Virus record (IMG/VR): IMGVR_UViG_3300045988_183115
Origin: a virus
Length of the DNA: 64,000 nucleotides
Strand: one strand, 5' to 3'
In this document: piece by piece, positions 33,024-41,790 of the stretch
Layout of the letters: every line of letters begins with the position of its first letter
How positions within the stretch are numbered: the stretch's first letter is position 1
Program-made: the position numbers and the translations under genes
The notes under the pieces: model-generated
Told to the model about the DNA's origin: nothing
Seen by the model: only the letters and a program-made list of their open reading frames with translations
Databases searched by the model: none

Positions 33024-35945
33024 ATGAAAGTATTAAAATCAGAAGAGTTAAGAGGCAAATATCATTGTCGTCTTATGAAGAACTTAAAAAAGGAAATTGA
33101 AGTTACTACAAAGAAAAATGACAATTATGATAATGCTATTATTATTAAGCAGATTATTATGGGTTATTTAAAAGGTGAGTTTCAGATTAATGAATTTCAT
33201 GATTTAGTGTCTGAAGGTGTTGAAGAGAATAATTTACCTGCGGAAACTAATGAAGGAAGAATTAAGCGTCTTACAGAAATTCTTACAAGATATGCGTCTT
33301 GCGAAAAAAGAAAACTTGAAGTTGAAGTTGATGCTAAGGATATTCCTGTAAGTCAGGATTACGCAATTCATATTAGACCTGATGCTGTTTCTGTTAATAA
33401 AAATGAAATTGAAGCAATCAAGTTTTTTGCTTCAAAGCCCGTGGTAACTGTCTCAGGCAAGAAACAGGATTTATCTGTTTTAAAGTGTCCGGAAATATAT
33501 GCATTATATTTATATGCAAAATCATTACTTAAACCAGGTGAAAAAAAGATTATTAAAGGATCTTATTATTACTTAAGAAAAAGCACAGATACTTCTAAAA
33601 GTATGACTGATGCTGATTTCTTTTCAGGCTACGGCGGTAATGTTGTTTCATTTGAAAAAGAAGTTGAATGGGGTAAAGATAGTCTTTGTGGAGAAGAATT
33701 AGATTATATTAAGCAGATCAATTTATCTGAGCAGGGGCATATTCAGTGTACAGAAGATGATTGTAAAACATGTTCTTATAATATGCTTTGCCATTATACA
33801 AAAACTCCTGCACATTTCGAAAAGAAAACGCTTAAGAAGAGAGACAAAATTATTTTATCAGACGAACAGCAGCAGATAGTTGATTTTAGAAAAGGAATTG
33901 CAAGGGTAATTGCTACAGCCGGTGCAGGTAAAACAGAATGTGTTACTGAAAGAGGAGCACAAATGTTTGTTGAAGGTGTCAAGCCGGAAGAAATGTTATT
34001 TATAACATTTACAGACGCAGGTGCAGCAGAAATGAAAACAAGGATCGCAAGTAAGTGTTTAACTTATGGACTTTCTGTAAGTCCTGACGATATTCAGGCA
34101 ATGACTTTTAATAGTTTTGCTTATAATATTGTTAAATTTGAGTATAAGGAATTGGGATTTACAAATCCTCCTGTTGTAATTGATGATGTAAGAAATCGTA
34201 AGATTATTACTCAATTATTAACTGATAATCATATTAACGGAATCGATTACTTGAACTTTATGACAGATACACCGAACTTAAGAGGTGCATTAGCTTGTGC
34301 TGAAAAATGCTTTGAGTTGATTAAAACTGAACATGTTGATATTACACTTCCAGATGCAAATAATCAGCTTACAGAACTTTTAAGAGATAAAGGTTATTCA
34401 AGATTTATGGGCACTGGTATTGCTGTTACACAGTTAATAGATTTATATTCTGAATACCAGAAACAGCTACTTGAAGATTCACTTATTACATTTGCTGATC
34501 AGGAACCAATGATGTTTAACATTATCAATGCGCATCCGGGTTATTTAGAAAGATTAGGTTTTAAGCATATTATAGTAGATGAGTTTCAGGATTCTAATGA
34601 TATTCAGATGGATACAATAAAGGAGCTATGTAATTGTAAATGTTTTGAGTCTTTAATGGTTGTAGGTGATGATTCTCAGAGTATTTATGGGTTCAGACAT
34701 ACATCTCCGGAAAACATGATTCATTTCTTCGATAAGTTAGGCATAAAAGGTATAGATATTAATTTATCAGTTAATAGAAGAAGTACTCCTGAAATACTTA
34801 AGGTTGCAACTGATATAGAAGCACTTAATAAGGAAAGACTTATTAAAGCTATGAATCCATGTAAGGATCATGGTGCACCTGTAACAGTAAAGGGCTTTTA
34901 TAGCAAAGATGAAGAAATTGAGTATATTGTAGATACAATTAAAGAGATGTTGGATTTAAACGAACATATTCCAGAAGACATTGCAGTGCTTACATATACA
35001 AAGGCTGAACTTGTTTCTATTGGGGCCGCATTATCAAAAGCAAATATTCCTTGGGTTATGATGAATCCAATGCCATTAGCTGAAAACGGAAAGGTTAAAG
35101 CTGCATTATCTTTAGCTGATGCATTTTATCAGCCTGAAGCAGATAAGCTTTATTTAGATTATCTGGCTGCGAAATATAATGGAGAAATATTAAATCTTTT
35201 ATCATTTAATGATATTAATGATGAAATCTCTAAACTAAAGCAGCAGTTTATGAATATGGATATGATAGCGATTCCGTCTCAGAGACAAATTTTCCATAAT
35301 ATGCTTGACGCACTTAAGGGAGATGAAGGAGATGAAATCTATGAATATTTCTTAGATTTGGTATATGCAAATGAGGATTTACAGTCTGAGTTAGAGTATA
35401 TTCAGGATTTTAAAGTATTTGGAACTAATTGCTGCAAGAAAATGGAACAGACTTACGAAGGTGTTGTACTTACAACAGCTCACTCATCAAAAGGACTTGA
35501 ATGGCCGGTTATATTTAACAGTGTTACAAAGTATGATAGCAAGCATTTGCATAGCATCCGTAATAAAGTTAATCATGAAAAAGAAATTGAGGAAATGAGA
35601 AGATTATTGTTTGTTTCTTTAACCAGAGCAAAGGATGAATTATTTATAACAGGTCAATATGTTTGTTATTCAGATAAGGAACATGGAGAAATATATAACA
35701 CATTCCTTAAGGAAGTATTTGATGTAACTAATACTAATTATGTTCCTATTGATCCAAACAAGGCATTAAAGGAAGCAGCTAAGTTAAGAGAACAGGATGC
35801 TAAGATTAAAAAGGTAAGAGCTAATTCTCATACATCTTCTCCTGCCAAAGCTAAGAAGAATTCATCAGCACTTGCAAAAATTGATACAAAAAAAATTGCT
35901 GCTGCATATAGTACTAAGCCTAAAAATAAGAAGTCAGTATCTTAA
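33024..35945 (+). CDS. fusion of Cas4/RecB-like PD-(D/E)xK nuclease (with 4-Cys cluster) and UvrD-family SF1 helicase
   Basis: N-terminal ~270 aa carry the nuclease motifs: the aspartate in IRPDAV and the E-x-K in EIEAIKF. The Cys pattern is C15 ... C-x5-C-x2-C-x5-C (QCTEDDCKTCSYNMLC), as in Cas4/AddB Fe-S nucleases. Helicase motifs follow: ATAGAGKTE, VDEFQDSN, VGDDSQSIYGFR, NRRS and VSLTRAK. Confidence 0.75.
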   Translation: MKVLKSEELRGKYHCRLMKNLKKEIEVTTKKNDNYDNAIIIKQIIMGYLKGEFQINEFHDLVSEGVEENNLPAETNEGRIKRLTEILTRYASCEKRKLEVEVDAKDIPVSQDYAIHIRPDAVSVNKNEIEAIKFFASKPVVTVSGKKQDLSVLKCPEIYALYLYAKSLLKPGEKKIIKGSYYYLRKSTDTSKSMTDADFFSGYGGNVVSFEKEVEWGKDSLCGEELDYIKQINLSEQGHIQCTEDDCKTCSYNMLCHYTKTPAHFEKKTLKKRDKIILSDEQQQIVDFRKGIARVIATAGAGKTECVTERGAQMFVEGVKPEEMLFITFTDAGAAEMKTRIASKCLTYGLSVSPDDIQAMTFNSFAYNIVKFEYKELGFTNPPVVIDDVRNRKIITQLLTDNHINGIDYLNFMTDTPNLRGALACAEKCFELIKTEHVDITLPDANNQLTELLRDKGYSRFMGTGIAVTQLIDLYSEYQKQLLEDSLITFADQEPMMFNIINAHPGYLERLGFKHIIVDEFQDSNDIQMDTIKELCNCKCFESLMVVGDDSQSIYGFRHTSPENMIHFFDKLGIKGIDINLSVNRRSTPEILKVATDIEALNKERLIKAMNPCKDHGAPVTVKGFYSKDEEIEYIVDTIKEMLDLNEHIPEDIAVLTYTKAELVSIGAALSKANIPWVMMNPMPLAENGKVKAALSLADAFYQPEADKLYLDYLAAKYNGEILNLLSFNDINDEISKLKQQFMNMDMIAIPSQRQIFHNMLDALKGDEGDEIYEYFLDLVYANEDLQSELEYIQDFKVFGTNCCKKMEQTYEGVVLTTAHSSKGLEWPVIFNSVTKYDSKHLHSIRNKVNHEKEIEEMRRLLFVSLTRAKDELFITGQYVCYSDKEHGEIYNTFLKEVFDVTNTNYVPIDPNKALKEAAKLREQDAKIKKVRANSHTSSPAKAKKNSSALAKIDTKKIAAAYSTKPKNKKSVS

Positions 35946-35980
35946 TCAATATTTAATACAATTGAATATAATAAAAAATA

Positions 35981-36007
35981 GCAGGTTAATTCCTGCTATT
36001 TTTTTTG
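35981..36007 (+). terminator. rho-independent terminator
   Basis: AGCAGGTTAATTCCTGCTATTTTTTTTG. Confidence 0.75.
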
Positions 36008-36009
36008 TT

Positions 36010-36027
36010 TCACTCTGTCATATTAAT
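36010..36027 (+). promoter_or_regulatory. conserved promoter-like motif
   Basis: TTCACTCTGTCATATTAAT. The CPBP gene lies ~108 nt downstream. Confidence 0.5.
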
Positions 36028-36128
36028 ACATATAAACTTTTTTAGGAAAGAATTATAATAATGGACTTAATAAAAATTAAAAAATCATATCAAAATAAAA
36101 ACAAAGCAATTTGGAGGTCAACAAAATA

Positions 36129-36995
36129 ATGATTAAACAAATTACAAAGATTATTGGAATAGTATTTGCCTTTCTTATTACTCAAATTGTATGTACATTG
36201 GGCGTATTTATTTTTAAATTGTTTTCTGATTCACAATGGTATGATAATTTATATGTATGTATAGAAACAGGTAATTTACTTTCATATAGTTATCTTAGTA
36301 TGCTCAGTGAATTAATTATGCCTGCATTATTTGTTTCCGATATTATAATACTTGGGTTTGTTATGCTTAAAGAATATAAAGTTAATAAATCAATCATATT
36401 TATTTCAAAATTATCATTAAAAGATGTCAAGACATTTATTTTAACAGGCATTATTATGAATTTTTTAGCTTCTGTGGTAATAGATTCCTTACCTAATAAT
36501 TTGGTTTCTAATTCATATAATTCTTTGATGAATGTTGCTGTAACCGGAAATTGGCTTCAAGTACTCTTAATAACAGGTGTTATTACGCCAGTTGTTGAAG
36601 AATTAATATTTAGATACGGTATTACAAAAATAATAAAGCAAAACAAATTCTTTAAGAAACCAGATGTAAGCTCAATTTATATATCAGCTTTCGTTTTTGG
36701 ATTAGTACATTTTAATATTATTCAAAGCACTTATGCATTTATTTTCGGTATTATATTAGCCTATGTATATATAAAAACAGATAATTTATTGTCCTCTATT
36801 TTAATTCATATTGGAGTTAATGCAAGTAGTGTATTGTACTCTTTTATGCCTGTTATGTTACAAAATATTTGTCTAATCGTAATGAGTATTATATTTTTCA
36901 TAATTGTTATCAGAAATATTTTAGTAATAAGAAATAACAGTTCACATTCTAATGTAAATAATTTTCTGTCATATCTTCTTTATCAAACAAAATAA
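36129..36995 (+). CDS. CPBP (CAAX protease / Abi) family intramembrane metalloprotease
   Basis: Multi-TM protein. The conserved motifs are EELIFRYGI (EExxxR) and FGLVHFN (HxxxN/H). ATG at 36129 follows GGAGG. Confidence 0.75.
   Translation: MIKQITKIIGIVFAFLITQIVCTLGVFIFKLFSDSQWYDNLYVCIETGNLLSYSYLSMLSELIMPALFVSDIIILGFVMLKEYKVNKSIIFISKLSLKDVKTFILTGIIMNFLASVVIDSLPNNLVSNSYNSLMNVAVTGNWLQVLLITGVITPVVEELIFRYGITKIIKQNKFFKKPDVSSIYISAFVFGLVHFNIIQSTYAFIFGIILAYVYIKTDNLLSSILIHIGVNASSVLYSFMPVMLQNICLIVMSIIFFIIVIRNILVIRNNSSHSNVNNFLSYLLYQTK
36961..36978 (+). promoter_or_regulatory. conserved promoter-like motif (extended subclass) overlapping the 3' end of the CPBP gene
   Basis: AATTTTCTGTCATATCTTCTTTATCAAACAAAATAAAGGAG; the motif lies inside the last codons of 36129..36995. 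Confidence 0.55.
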
Positions 36996-37008
36996 AGGAG
37001 AATATATT

Positions 37009-37905
37009 ATGAGTGTTTTATCAAATCTGTTAGCGGCTTTTAAACCAGGAAAGCAGTTTACACTAAAAGAAGCATATGCTGTTAATCCCTCATATCCAAA
37101 AGAGTCAGTCAGAGCAAGAATTTATGAAAATTTAGGTAAAGAATTTAAGAAACTATCAAAAGGACTATATGTAACAGATGATGTAGTTCTTATTGAAGGC
37201 GATGGAAGAGATTTATCTGTTTTTGAAAGTGAATCTATGGATTGCATAATTACTGATCATCCATGGGATGATAAGAAATCTAATAATGGTGGTACAAGAC
37301 ATTTAGCCCAGTATGATTGTTTTAAGTATACCTTATCAGATTTTATGGAAAAAGCTAGGGTATTAAAGGAAGGTAGTTTCTTAGTAGAAATTTTACCTGC
37401 AGAAAATGAAAATAATTTTGATTATTTGTATGAGATTAAGAAGATGGCAGAACAGGCAGGATTTAAGTATTATGCAAAAGTTGCATGGAAAAAAGGTACA
37501 TTTGTAAGTAATACAGGCAGAAAAGCTAAAAATACAGAAGACATAATGATTTTTAGTAAAGGTAAGCCAAGAGCATTAAGACCAGATAAGCAAAGAGGCG
37601 TTATAAATGGAGTACCTACCAGATTTATGAGTGGAGCTAATGGAATGCTGCCTACTGAATTTAATGTGCAGGCCATTCCTAATAAATTAAAGAATGTTCA
37701 GACAGAAAAACCAGTTGCTTTATTTGAACAGTTGTTAGAATATTTTACTTTACCTGGTGAATTAGTTTTAGATCAATTTGCGGGTAGTGGCGTTACAGGA
37801 GAAGCATGTCTTAATAAAAAAAGGAAATGTATTTTAATTGAAAAATGTAAGGAGCATGTAGTAAGTATAATAAACCGGTTAAATTTGCAATGTGCAGTAA
37901 TTTAG
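37009..37905 (+). CDS. beta-class N6-adenine/N4-cytosine DNA methyltransferase with atypical DHPW catalytic motif
   Basis: Motif IV-like ITDHPW precedes motif I FAGSGVTGEAC, which is the beta-class order. Size (298 aa) fits the PF01555-type methylases. H replaces the usual P at motif IV position 2. Confidence 0.6.
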   Translation: MSVLSNLLAAFKPGKQFTLKEAYAVNPSYPKESVRARIYENLGKEFKKLSKGLYVTDDVVLIEGDGRDLSVFESESMDCIITDHPWDDKKSNNGGTRHLAQYDCFKYTLSDFMEKARVLKEGSFLVEILPAENENNFDYLYEIKKMAEQAGFKYYAKVAWKKGTFVSNTGRKAKNTEDIMIFSKGKPRALRPDKQRGVINGVPTRFMSGANGMLPTEFNVQAIPNKLKNVQTEKPVALFEQLLEYFTLPGELVLDQFAGSGVTGEACLNKKRKCILIEKCKEHVVSIINRLNLQCAVI

Positions 37906-37931
37906 TATGGAAAGAAAAAAAGGAGAACATC

Positions 37932-38186
37932 ATGGATAAATATATAGTAGGCATAAGAAAAGGAATAGATAGTGTAATATTTTCTTGTATAATTGAAGCT
38001 TTTATGTTCATTCCTGATATTGCTTTTGATGTTATTAAGCACTTTGATAACATAATCCCAGGAGTTATTTTAATTGTAGTTAATGCTTTATTTATTGCAA
38101 AAATAATATCATCTTATATAATAATAGCTGATAAAAATGATGTCATTAATATTGATAATATTAATGAAAATATGGATGATAAATAG
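37932..38186 (+). CDS. hypothetical small membrane protein
   Basis: ATG at 37932 follows AAGGAGAA. Two hydrophobic helices. Confidence 0.5.
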   Translation: MDKYIVGIRKGIDSVIFSCIIEAFMFIPDIAFDVIKHFDNIIPGVILIVVNALFIAKIISSYIIIADKNDVINIDNINENMDDK

Positions 38187-38210
38187 CATTAATTCATAAA
38201 AATAATTTTT

Positions 38211-38240
38211 AGTCCCATTTAATTAAATGGGACTTTTTTT
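38211..38240 (+). terminator. rho-independent terminator
   Basis: AGTCCCATTTAATTAAATGGGACTTTTTTT, perfect 10-bp stem. Confidence 0.85.
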
Positions 38241-38253
38241 CTGTCATATATTT
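38236..38253 (+). promoter_or_regulatory. conserved promoter-like motif
   Basis: TTTTTCTGTCATATATTT lies ~36 nt upstream of 38284. Confidence 0.55.
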
Positions 38254-38283
38254 AATAAATTTTAAGATAAAAGGAGTTAATAT

Positions 38284-38433
38284 ATGAAAGAAAATGGTAA
38301 ATATACAAGAATAAAAAAAGAAATTCAAAATTGGGAAATTAAAAGGGACCAGTATTCGGAATCCGGTAATGAATTAGAAGCTGACAGATGCCAGAATCGC
38401 ATTGATGAATTATATAATTGCTTATGGCATTAG
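38284..38433 (+). CDS. hypothetical small protein (49 aa)
   Basis: ATG follows AAAGGAGTTAA. The ORF ends immediately before hairpin element copy D. Confidence 0.4.
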   Translation: MKENGKYTRIKKEIQNWEIKRDQYSESGNELEADRCQNRIDELYNCLWH

Positions 38434-38434
38434 T

Positions 38435-38490
38435 TATCGAAGAATTGTAAGAAAATTCCATCCGACAATAGTCGGTTGTGAGTAGTTCAT
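38435..38490 (+). repeat. 56-nt hairpin element, copy D (consensus-like)
   Basis: TATCGAAGAATTGTAAGAAAATTCCATCCGACAATAGTCGGTTGTGAGTAGTTCAT. The perfect palindrome CCGACAATAGTCGG lies at 38462..38475. The Gmk-like gene starts 16 nt downstream. Confidence 0.75.
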
Positions 38491-38505
38491 TAGGAGATTT
38501 TTAAT

Positions 38506-39069
38506 ATGGATAAAAAGACAATAATTGCAGTTATAGGAAAGACATCAAGTGGCAAAGATACAGTCGCAAAAGTATTAAATGAAAAATATGGAATTCCTTC
38601 AGTTGTTTCAATGACAACCAGACCAAAAAGAGAATATGAGACAAATGGTGTAGAACATATATTTATTTCAAAGGAAGAAATGAGCAATATTTTAAAAGAA
38701 AAAACAATCATTGCTTATACAAAAAATGATAAAACTGGAATAGAATATTGTGCTGCATTAGAAGCTTTGCCATCAAATACATGTGTATACATTATAAATC
38801 CAGATGGCGTTAAATGGTTAAAAGAGCATAATAAGCATAATTTGTTTAATTTAATTTGCGTATATGTTGATTTGGCTGAGGATAAAATAATTAAAAGAGG
38901 ACTTCTAAGAGGAGATAATCCTGATACTTTGCGAATACGCTTGGAGAGTGAAAGAGAGGAATTTGATGCATATAAAAATTCAAAGGAATATGATTTCTTA
39001 ATAACTAATGATAAGGATTTGCAATATTTGTATCATCAGGTTGATTTATTTTATTCGAAATATTTTTAA
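38506..39069 (+). CDS. guanylate kinase-like nucleoside monophosphate kinase
   Basis: P-loop is VIGKTSSGKDT. SMTTRPKREYETNGVEHIFISKEEM matches the guanylate kinase signature TTRPxRxxExxGxxYxFxSxEEF. Confidence 0.65.
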   Translation: MDKKTIIAVIGKTSSGKDTVAKVLNEKYGIPSVVSMTTRPKREYETNGVEHIFISKEEMSNILKEKTIIAYTKNDKTGIEYCAALEALPSNTCVYIINPDGVKWLKEHNKHNLFNLICVYVDLAEDKIIKRGLLRGDNPDTLRIRLESEREEFDAYKNSKEYDFLITNDKDLQYLYHQVDLFYSKYF

Positions 39070-39082
39070 ATTATTTTAAAAA

Positions 39083-39112
39083 AGAGGTGGCAAAAAACAC
39101 CTCTTTTTTTTA
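39083..39112 (+). terminator. rho-independent terminator
   Basis: AGAGGTGGCAAAAAACACCTCTTTTTTTT. Confidence 0.85.
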
Positions 39113-39130
39113 TGTAAAAAAATGAGTAAT

Positions 39131-39148
39131 TAAATCTGTCATATATTA
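39131..39148 (+). promoter_or_regulatory. conserved promoter-like motif
   Basis: TTAAATCTGTCATATATTA lies ~50 nt upstream of the small ORF at 39191. Confidence 0.5.
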
Positions 39149-39190
39149 AATGTCTTTAAAAAATATTTTAATTAAGAAAGGATTTAACAA

Positions 39191-39304
39191 ATGGGAATTA
39201 CAGCAAAGCCTTTTGGCAAGAAGAAATCAATTTTTGTAAAGATGGAGAATAGTCTTTTAAAGGAAAAGGAAGAAAACAAGAAGAAAAATAATAAGGCAGA
39301 ATAA
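39191..39304 (+). CDS. hypothetical small basic protein (37 aa)
   Basis: ATG follows AAGAAAGGA. Lys-rich. Short, so low confidence. Confidence 0.3.
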   Translation: MGITAKPFGKKKSIFVKMENSLLKEKEENKKKNNKAE

Positions 39305-39451
39305 TTTATTATTCAGCTTTAACATTTTCCTTTATTGTTTTTCAATAAAAGTAAATAGTGAAACTCAACCTAAGCATATTGCTTACCTGTAAAAGGCAGG
39401 ATTTTAATAATAAAGATTAGAGAAAAAGAAATAAAATAAGAGGGACAGTTT

Positions 39452-39619
39452 ATGTTAGATTTTTTGCATGATTATGGCATTTATATTGTTATTATAGCTG
39501 TTATTTGGATTAGTACAATAATGTTTGTGGTAGGCTATAGTGTTATAAATACAGCTAAGAATACGAATGTTGAAACACAGCAGACAGAAGTTGCAGTAGA
39601 GAACTATGCAAATGAATAA
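39452..39619 (+). CDS. hypothetical small membrane protein (55 aa)
   Basis: ATG follows AAGAGGGA. Single TM helix (IVIIAVIWISTIMFVVGYSVI). Confidence 0.35.
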   Translation: MLDFLHDYGIYIVIIAVIWISTIMFVVGYSVINTAKNTNVETQQTEVAVENYANE

Positions 39620-39879
39620 TAATTGATGTGTAATGTGTTTGGGATAGTGTTGATTGATAATAAAGGCATATTATAGCTGGTATTTTGAGTAATAAAATGA
39701 AGTAAATAAGACGCTCATCGATGGAATACATGCCGTTGCCAGTGAAATATCTGAAGATGGGATTTCAGTCGATATTTATTTGTATATGATGATATTGAAG
39801 TATTAAAAATGCTATTTTAAAACTCTAAGTTAATTTTTAAATTATAGTTTTAGAGTATATTTAAATGTAAGGAGTTTTT

Positions 39880-40497
39880 ATGTTAAATGTAATAAGCACA
39901 TGTTTAGGCTGCTTAGGGGTTATCATTGTTGCTACAGGTTTTTCTAATATACTTAAATCGGTTTTAAATGATGATGAGTCAGGAGTATCTAGTGGAGTTG
40001 GTAATTGTATAGTGGGGACAATCTTGATTTTTTCAAGATTTATATTTTCTATTTTAATTTCAATTTTAAGAACCGAATATAATACTTCACAAACAGATTC
40101 GGAAAGTACTACAGAAGCTACAGAAAATATTGGAAATAGCGTATCAGATGTTTTAACTAATATTCCGATTAAGGGTATATTAATTGGTTTAGGTATTTTT
40201 ATAGCTGTTGTTATTGCGATAATAGTTATTGGTAATATAATTCGTAAGAATAATGAAAAAAGAAAAACTGAAAAGGAAAAAATGGAGCATGTTCTTAAGA
40301 CATCACTATCAGATCTTGTAAATGAAGAATTAGAAAAAGCTGATTATGTTAATAATAATTCTCAGAATTTAAGAACTGATTTTGATGAATATGTAGATTC
40401 TTTGGCAAAAAAGTATGATACAGAAAAGCAAAAATCATATAAAATAAATGATAAAAGAAGTAAATATCAGCAATCAATTAATTTAAATAAATTTTAA
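39880..40497 (+). CDS. hypothetical membrane protein
   Basis: 205-aa ORF with AAGGAG RBS. Two hydrophobic segments, charged C-terminus. No promoter motif upstream; a 260-nt GC-richer non-coding stretch lies at 39620..39880. Confidence 0.55.
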   Translation: MLNVISTCLGCLGVIIVATGFSNILKSVLNDDESGVSSGVGNCIVGTILIFSRFIFSILISILRTEYNTSQTDSESTTEATENIGNSVSDVLTNIPIKGILIGLGIFIAVVIAIIVIGNIIRKNNEKRKTEKEKMEHVLKTSLSDLVNEELEKADYVNNNSQNLRTDFDEYVDSLAKKYDTEKQKSYKINDKRSKYQQSINLNKF

Positions 40498-40554
40498 TAA
40501 TTAATAAAAATAGGATTTACAAAAAAACAAGTCCTATATTTTTATTTGTTTTTA

Positions 40555-40572
40555 TTTTTCTGTCATATGTAA
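40555..40572 (+). promoter_or_regulatory. conserved promoter-like motif
   Basis: TTTTTCTGTCATATGTAAT lies ~43 nt upstream of 40609. Confidence 0.55.
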
Positions 40573-40608
40573 TTTGTATTAAATAAAAAATAAAAGGAGG
40601 ACTTAATC

Positions 40609-41658
40609 ATGAGAATAAACAAGATTAAGACTAATGTAACAGTATTAAACAAGGTAGACCGTAAGAATTACCAGGTAATTAATGTTGATGGTTCAGGTGA
40701 TTCCATTAAAGGAACAGCCAAGTTAATCAAGGAGGATGGTTCACTTGATGATTCGGTTACTGCAGTAATTACAGCTAATAATGCAATAGCTTACAAGCTG
40801 ATTGATGATCCTAATATTCCAGATGTTCCAACTGGATATACTGTAAAAAACGGAATTTTGCTTAAGAATGGAGTCCCTGCTACAGAACAGGGTTCACTTG
40901 TAATTAATAGTATTATTGCAGGTGTTGCAGGAAGACTTATTTTATCTGTCGAACCAAGAGAACCAAGAGAAGGTTATTTCGATATTATGTCATATACAGT
41001 TGAGTCAGATAAGTTTAATAAGCTTATCAGAAGATCTATTCCAGAAGTTACAATCATTGCTTCTTCTGAGAATAAGATGCAGTTATATATGACATATTCA
41101 AGAACTTATACTAAGGATAAGAAGCTTGAAGATGGAACTATTGAAACAGATAATATCTTTGATGCTGCAGCAATCATGTTATATGATGTAATGTCTGATG
41201 CAGTTGTTGATCATGTTTCTTTTGCGGAGCCAATTAAGGCTGTAGATTCTGTTAAGGCACCTAATGAAACAATTTTCGCAATTGAAGCAGATACAGTAGT
41301 CGATTCTGACGGAGTTATCAAGGAAGATGATTATATTACATTAAGATTTGTTGCTTCTGAAGGTCATTCATTAAGTCTTTATAAGACAACAGCAATTGAC
41401 AGTGTTCCAGAATCAATTTCAAAGGGATATAATGCAAGCCTGATTAAAGCTTCTTCAGGCAAGTGGTATATTAATGATATCACATATAAGATCCCAGATA
41501 AGATAGTTGCTGAGCTTGCAGGTTATAATGTAATTGTGGATATTACATCTAAGGATCATGTTACAAGAATTTCTCTTGCTAATACAAATACTATGGAGAT
41601 AAAGACTCTTGTTATTTCTGAAACAAGAGATAGAGGAGACATTATAACCATAGAGTAA
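40609..41658 (+). CDS. hypothetical protein, paralogue 1 of a tandem pair
   Basis: 349 aa. N-terminus (NVTVLNKVDRKNYQVINV...IPDVPTGYTVKNGILLKNGVPATEQGSLVINSI) and C-terminus (DHVTRISLANTNTMEIKTLVISETRDRGDIITIE) are clearly homologous to 41791..42942. Confidence 0.65.
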   Translation: MRINKIKTNVTVLNKVDRKNYQVINVDGSGDSIKGTAKLIKEDGSLDDSVTAVITANNAIAYKLIDDPNIPDVPTGYTVKNGILLKNGVPATEQGSLVINSIIAGVAGRLILSVEPREPREGYFDIMSYTVESDKFNKLIRRSIPEVTIIASSENKMQLYMTYSRTYTKDKKLEDGTIETDNIFDAAAIMLYDVMSDAVVDHVSFAEPIKAVDSVKAPNETIFAIEADTVVDSDGVIKEDDYITLRFVASEGHSLSLYKTTAIDSVPESISKGYNASLIKASSGKWYINDITYKIPDKIVAELAGYNVIVDITSKDHVTRISLANTNTMEIKTLVISETRDRGDIITIE

Positions 41659-41739
41659 TTGATATTAACGGAATTCTCTATAATTAATTTAAAAAGTAGG
41701 GTTAAGGCATGTATATGCTTTAATCCTATTTTGTTTTAA

Positions 41740-41757
41740 TTTTTCTGTCATATTTTA
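41740..41757 (+). promoter_or_regulatory. conserved promoter-like motif
   Basis: TTTTTCTGTCATATTTTAT lies ~40 nt upstream of 41791. Confidence 0.55.
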
Positions 41758-41790
41758 TTTGAATAAAATAAAAAAAGGAGATTTTTCATT

